Assembly (NCBI GenBank): GCA_965240325.2
Contig: OZ251223.1
Coordinates: 2,480,001 to 2,544,000 of the forward strand
Source of the DNA: Rebecca billardiae RCC1528
Taxonomy: Eukaryota > Protista > Haptophyta
Length of the DNA: 64,000 nucleotides
Direction: 5' to 3'
Shown: positions 59,580 to 64,000 of the stretch, in pieces
Layout of the letters: every line of letters begins with the position of its first letter
Position numbering within the stretch: the stretch's first letter is position 1
Translations under genes and position numbers: made by a program
The notes under the pieces: generated by a model
What the model was told of the DNA's origin: nothing
Database searches by the model: none
What the model saw: only the letters and a program-made list of their open reading frames with translations

Positions 59580-60042
59580 GCTCGGTGGCGCGCGCCCCGC
59601 CGCGCACGGCGGCGAGGGCGGCGGCGGCGGCGGCTCCGCGCCCGAGGCGTCGGCGCTCGCGCTCGCCGGCGTCGCCGCGCTCGCGCACGGCTCGGGCTCC
59701 GCCGCCGTCGCCAACCACCTCGTCTCCGTCGACTCTGCCGAGGTGGACGGCGCCGCGCTCGGGGCGATCTGGCCGCACGCGGCGCGCGCTCTCTCGTCCG
59801 TGCTGCTCGGGGCGCCGCCGAGCGCGGCGGACGTGCGGGAGCGCGCGTTCGGCGGGCTGATCGTGTGCGGCCAGCTGTGCGCGGCCGCGGGGCGGACGGA
59901 CGTGATGGCGCAGGTGTGCGTGCTGCTGCACACGCACGCGGCCACGCGCGCGCTCGAGCCGGACGCGCCGACCGCCGCGGCCGCGACCCCGGGCGCGGCC
60001 GGCGTCGTCGCGGCCGCGCCGAGCGGCGGCGGCTCGGTTGCC

Positions 60043-60083
<41 letters not shown>

Positions 60084-60376
60084 TGCGGCGGCCGAGGCGG
60101 AGCTGGCGTTCCCGCACAACCGGCGCGCGCAGATGGCGTGCTACTCCCTCTGCCTGCTCGCGGCCGAGTGCTCGCACGCGTTCGGCGCGGAGGCGTGGCG
60201 CGCGTGGACGCAGCTCGTCTTCGGGCTCGAGCGCTGCGGGCTGCTGCCCGACGAGGCGCTGCCGGAGCACCCGGACGGGCGGCGGCAGCCGCGCGGCGGC
60301 GCGCCCGCCGAGGCGGCGGCAGGCGCCGAGCCGGACGCGGACGCCGACGACGCGTCGAGCACGGCCGCGCGTGCGC

Positions 60377-60413
<37 letters not shown>

Positions 60414-63374
60414 GTTTGCTGTCGGCCTGCCGGGCAGTCTGGGCGGCGCCGGCCTAAGCGGCGGCGTCGGCGGCGGCGGGGGCAAGCGGCAGAGCGGCGG
60501 CGGGGGCACGGGCGCGTGGATGCGCACGCCCAACGCCAAGCACAAAGCCGCGAAGCCCAGCGGCTCGATGCGCCCCTCGCTCGGCGCCACGGGCACCAAG
60601 GGCTCGCCCGCGGGCGCGGCCAAGAGGCCGACGGTGCTCTCAAACCTTCTCTCCGCCTTCTCGCTGTCTTCGGACCCGGCGGCCGGCCGCGCGCCCTCGG
60701 CGGAGGAGCAGGCGGCGACGCGCGCCGCGCGTGCATTCGTCGGCGACGCGTGCCGCATCCTCGACGTCCTCGCCGACTCGCGCTTCCTCCCCGAGCCGTC
60801 GGTGCTGGCCCTCGTGGACGCGCTGCTGGAGGCGGCCGACTGCGAGCCGACGCCGGAGCCGCCCGCGCGCGCGACGCCGCGCGGCGCGCGGACGGCGGCG
60901 GCGGCGGGCGCGGCGGAGGCGGCGGGCGGCTCGGCGGGCGGCTCGCCCCGCACGCCGACGGCGGACGTGCGCGCGTGGCCGCGCGTCCCGCGGCCCGAGT
61001 GCGTCCCGCCGCTGGCGCCGCTGCGCGTGCAGCAGCTGAGCTCGGCCGCACACGCCGAGGCCGTGGTGCGCGCGCGCGCCCTCGCCGTCGAGCTCGCGTG
61101 CGAGGTGGCGGTTCGGAACCGCGACCGCGGCGCGCTGCTGTGGCCGCGCGTGCACGCCGCGCTGCGCGCGCTGCTGCTCTCCGCGCGCACGCCGCTCGCC
61201 CTCGCCGAGCGCGCGCTGTGCGAGCTCGTGCGCGTGTGCGGTCGGCTCGTCGCCAGAGACGAGCTGGCGGCTCTGGCCTACGACTCTCTCGAGCTCGCGC
61301 TGGCGCTGCCCGCGCACGCGGCGCCGCGCGTGTGCCGCGCGGCGTGCGTGTCGCTGCTCAAGGTGCTGCAGCACGCGGCGCAGCCGATGCGCGCGTCCGA
61401 GCGGGGCTGGCGCGTGGCGTGCGCGCTCGCGAGCGCGCCCGCCCTGGGCGGCCTGCCGCCGCTGCCCGCGCCCAGTCCGCGCGCCGAATACCCGGACGAC
61501 GCTTGGGACGCCGGGCTGGTGAGCGCGCGGCGCGCGCCGGCGCGCAGCGCGCGAGATGGGTCGTGCTCGGCGCGCGCCGCGATCCGCGCGCTGCGCGGGG
61601 CGTGCCGCGCCCCAGGGCTGCGGACGGCAGCCGGCGCGCGCTCACGCCCGCCCGCGCCCGCCCACGCCCGCGCCCGCGCCCGGCCCGGCCCGGCACAGGC
61701 CGTGATCGCGGCCATCATCGGCGACGCGCACTCGGCGTGCGCAGCCAGCTTCCTGCCCGCGCTCGAGGCTGCCCTGGCGTACGCGCGCGCGCCGCGCACG
61801 AGCGACGAGCGCCGCCGCCGCGCGCTCGGCCTCCTCCTCGGGCTGCAGGCGCGTGTGCCGGACGTGGTCGTCGAGCTGTGCGACGTCGGGCGCGCAGCCG
61901 CGGCCGCGGCGCCCGCGGCGCTCGCGGGGGCCGGTGAGGCCGCGCGCTCGCCGATCCCGCACCAGCCGCTGCGCTCGCCCCCGGGCGCGCTCGCGGACGT
62001 CGAGACGGCCGTCTCCGCCGCGGCCCGCGGCGGCGGCGCCGCCAACCCGCTGCTGCGCTGCACGAGCGTGGCTGATGTCTGGCTGTGCACGTGGCTGCCG
62101 CTGCTGCGCGCGGTGTGCAGCTGCGCGGCCGCGGTGCCCGAGCAGAGCGCGGACGACGTGCTGCAGGTGCCGGGCGCGCCGCGGCCGCGCCCGCCCCGCC
62201 CTGCGCCGCGCGCACAGCCAGGGCCTGCGCACCCACGCCACCGCCGCTGCGCGCCGCGGCCGGAGCGGCTGCGAATCGGCGGCTGAGGCGCCGGTGCGCG
62301 CGGCCGCCGGTGCGCCCCCCTGTCTTCCCCCTGCGCGCCCCAGGCGATGGCGGAGCTGGTGCTCCTCGCCGAGCTGCCGCAGCTGCCCGCAGAGCTGTGC
62401 TGCCTCGCGCTCGAGCTCTGCCTGCTGCCCACGCTCGAGCAGCTGCTCACCGTGCGCGCGAGAGAGACGGCGCGCCCGCGCGCGCGCGCCCTCCGCGAGC
62501 GTGCCATGCGCGCTGCCCCGCGCGCTGCGCCGCCGCACGCCCACCGCCCAGACCCCCCCCCCGGCGCGCGCGTCGCGTGCGCAGGCGCGCATCGTGCCCG
62601 CTCTGAGCCGCGAGCAGGGCCGCGACGGGCGGAGGGATGGCGCGGGGCGCGCGACGGCCGCCGCCGCCGGCGGCGCCGCGCAGTCGACGGCGCCGCCTCT
62701 GGACGCAGATGCGTTCGGTGCGCGCTGCCTCGGCCTGCTGAGCAAGGCCTACCTTCACTACCTGCCCCGCCTCGCCACGCTGCCAGAGTTCGACGCGCTC
62801 TGGCTCAAGGTGGGGCGGCGCCGCACCGCGCCGCGCCGCGCCGCACCGCCGCCGCTTGTCGCGCCGCGCCGCGCGCCGCGCCGCGCCGAGAGTCGTTCGA
62901 ACTGCGCCGCCGCCACGCCGCCGCGGCTGACTGGCACGCGCGCGCGACCGCGCGGCCCTCGCCACGCAGGTGCTGCGCGTGCTCGAGGCGTTCAGCGCGG
63001 CGCGCACGGGTGAGGCGGTGTCGGAGACGCTCCCAGAGCACCTGCGATCAATGCTGGTGGCCATGGCCTCGAGCGGGCTGCTGCGCGCGCCGGCGGGCGC
63101 CGCCGTGTCCGCACGCGGCGGTAAGGCGCGCAGCAGCAGCACGCTCTCGTCAGCGCTCGCCAGCAAGGGGCTGTGGGACGCGACGATGAGCGCCCTCGCC
63201 GCCTTCTGCCCGCAGCTGCAGGAGGTGCTGCTCGCCGAGGCGCAAGCGAGCGGACACGCCGATGCGGGCGCGGCTGGGAGCGCGCAGCCCGCCCGCCCGC
63301 AGCAGCAGGCCGCGCCCACAGCGACCTCGACCGTCGGAGCGGTCGCCGGCCGACTCTACTCGTTCATCTCGTGA
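56273..63374 (+). CDS. GBF1: GBF1/GNOM-type large Sec7 ARF guanine-nucleotide exchange factor; introns 56411-56515, 56718-56869, 61519-61698, 62167-62343, 62452-62584, 62810-62969
   Basis: DCB region (FLDVVRSEQTSGDVTEAALSAVHK, THCRFEASDPASDEVVLMKLLQVL); HUS box NYDCD; Sec7 FVLPGEAQKIDRVMEAF and IIMLNTDLHS; HDS RNRDR..LLW; C-terminal LLSKAYLHYL...FDALWLK|VL. Confidence 0.93.
59503..59577. repeat. (GGC)25 tract encoding poly-Gly just after the Sec7 domain
   Basis: Perfect GGC run in frame. Confidence 0.95.
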
Positions 63375-64000
63375 GGCATATGGCCGAGCGTGGTCCGACT
63401 GGGTGGATGGTCGTCGCAAAGTCGATCGTCGATCGATATTATTATAATTAAGCTGACGTGAGCGAAATCAGCCGGCGGCCATCATCGCGTCAGCGCAGAA
63501 TCGTATCATACAGCATGCGCACGACTGCTACTAACTGTACTACTATGATCACTGATGACGCCTGAGGCGATCACATCCGACTACGATGATGCTCGCAGTG
63601 ATGATGACGATTGCTGATGACGACGACGACTTAGCTACGACTCAATATGTAGCTAGACAGTTATGCTGACGATGTGACGATGCGCGATTATTATTGGACG
63701 CGATGATGACTGATGACGATCGATGACGATATATATATGATGACGATGACGCGACGATGATGTGCTGACGCGTAGTTGATCGATGAGCGTGCGCGAACGC
63801 CCCAGCACCGTAAGTCGCAGCATCATGCCTTACAAGCAGTGACAATGCATGCCGGGACCGACTGTGATGACGATTAGTATACGCGTGCTCATCATATATA
63901 TATATCGGCGACGCCGACGACCGTCGACGACACGGAGAACATGCTGCGCTGACGGTGCTTGCTCGACGATACCAGTGATGACGATGATGCTGATGTGCTG

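Overview
A 64-kb, very GC-rich, gene-dense stretch of a eukaryotic nuclear chromosome. Short GC-rich spliceosomal introns (typical donor GTGCGC, acceptor GCAG), flagellar genes and signal-peptide-led plastid proteins point to a flagellated alga with a complex plastid, plausibly a haptophyte (inference). About 22 protein-coding genes can be supported, and intron boundaries were inferred by hand. Housekeeping and transport genes: trimethyllysine dioxygenase, importin-alpha, two mitochondrial-carrier proteins, an AlkA-type glycosylase, an RRM protein, a plastid bestrophin, an LRR protein, an ARM-BTB protein and a GBF1/GNOM ARF-GEF. Ciliary and channel genes: FAM149, SPAG16/PF20, CFAP141 and a four-domain EEEE Ca2+ channel. 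The most notable item is an apparently intronless gene (30865-33459) fusing an intact heme NO-binding H-NOX domain to a TIR-like domain that keeps the catalytic Glu, i.e. a candidate gas-gated NADase/signalling enzyme. It is divergently paired with a spliced SAM + toxin/IQM-like-domain gene. Other unusual architectures are a tandem-SLATT membrane protein, an AGC kinase-21 ankyrin-U-box fusion and EF-hands inside the Ca channel II-III loop. Two TIR-bounded non-autonomous transposons, a dispersed hairpin repeat and long (TA)n tracts lie in intergenic DNA. Most long ORFs in the supplied track are GC-driven shadow frames.
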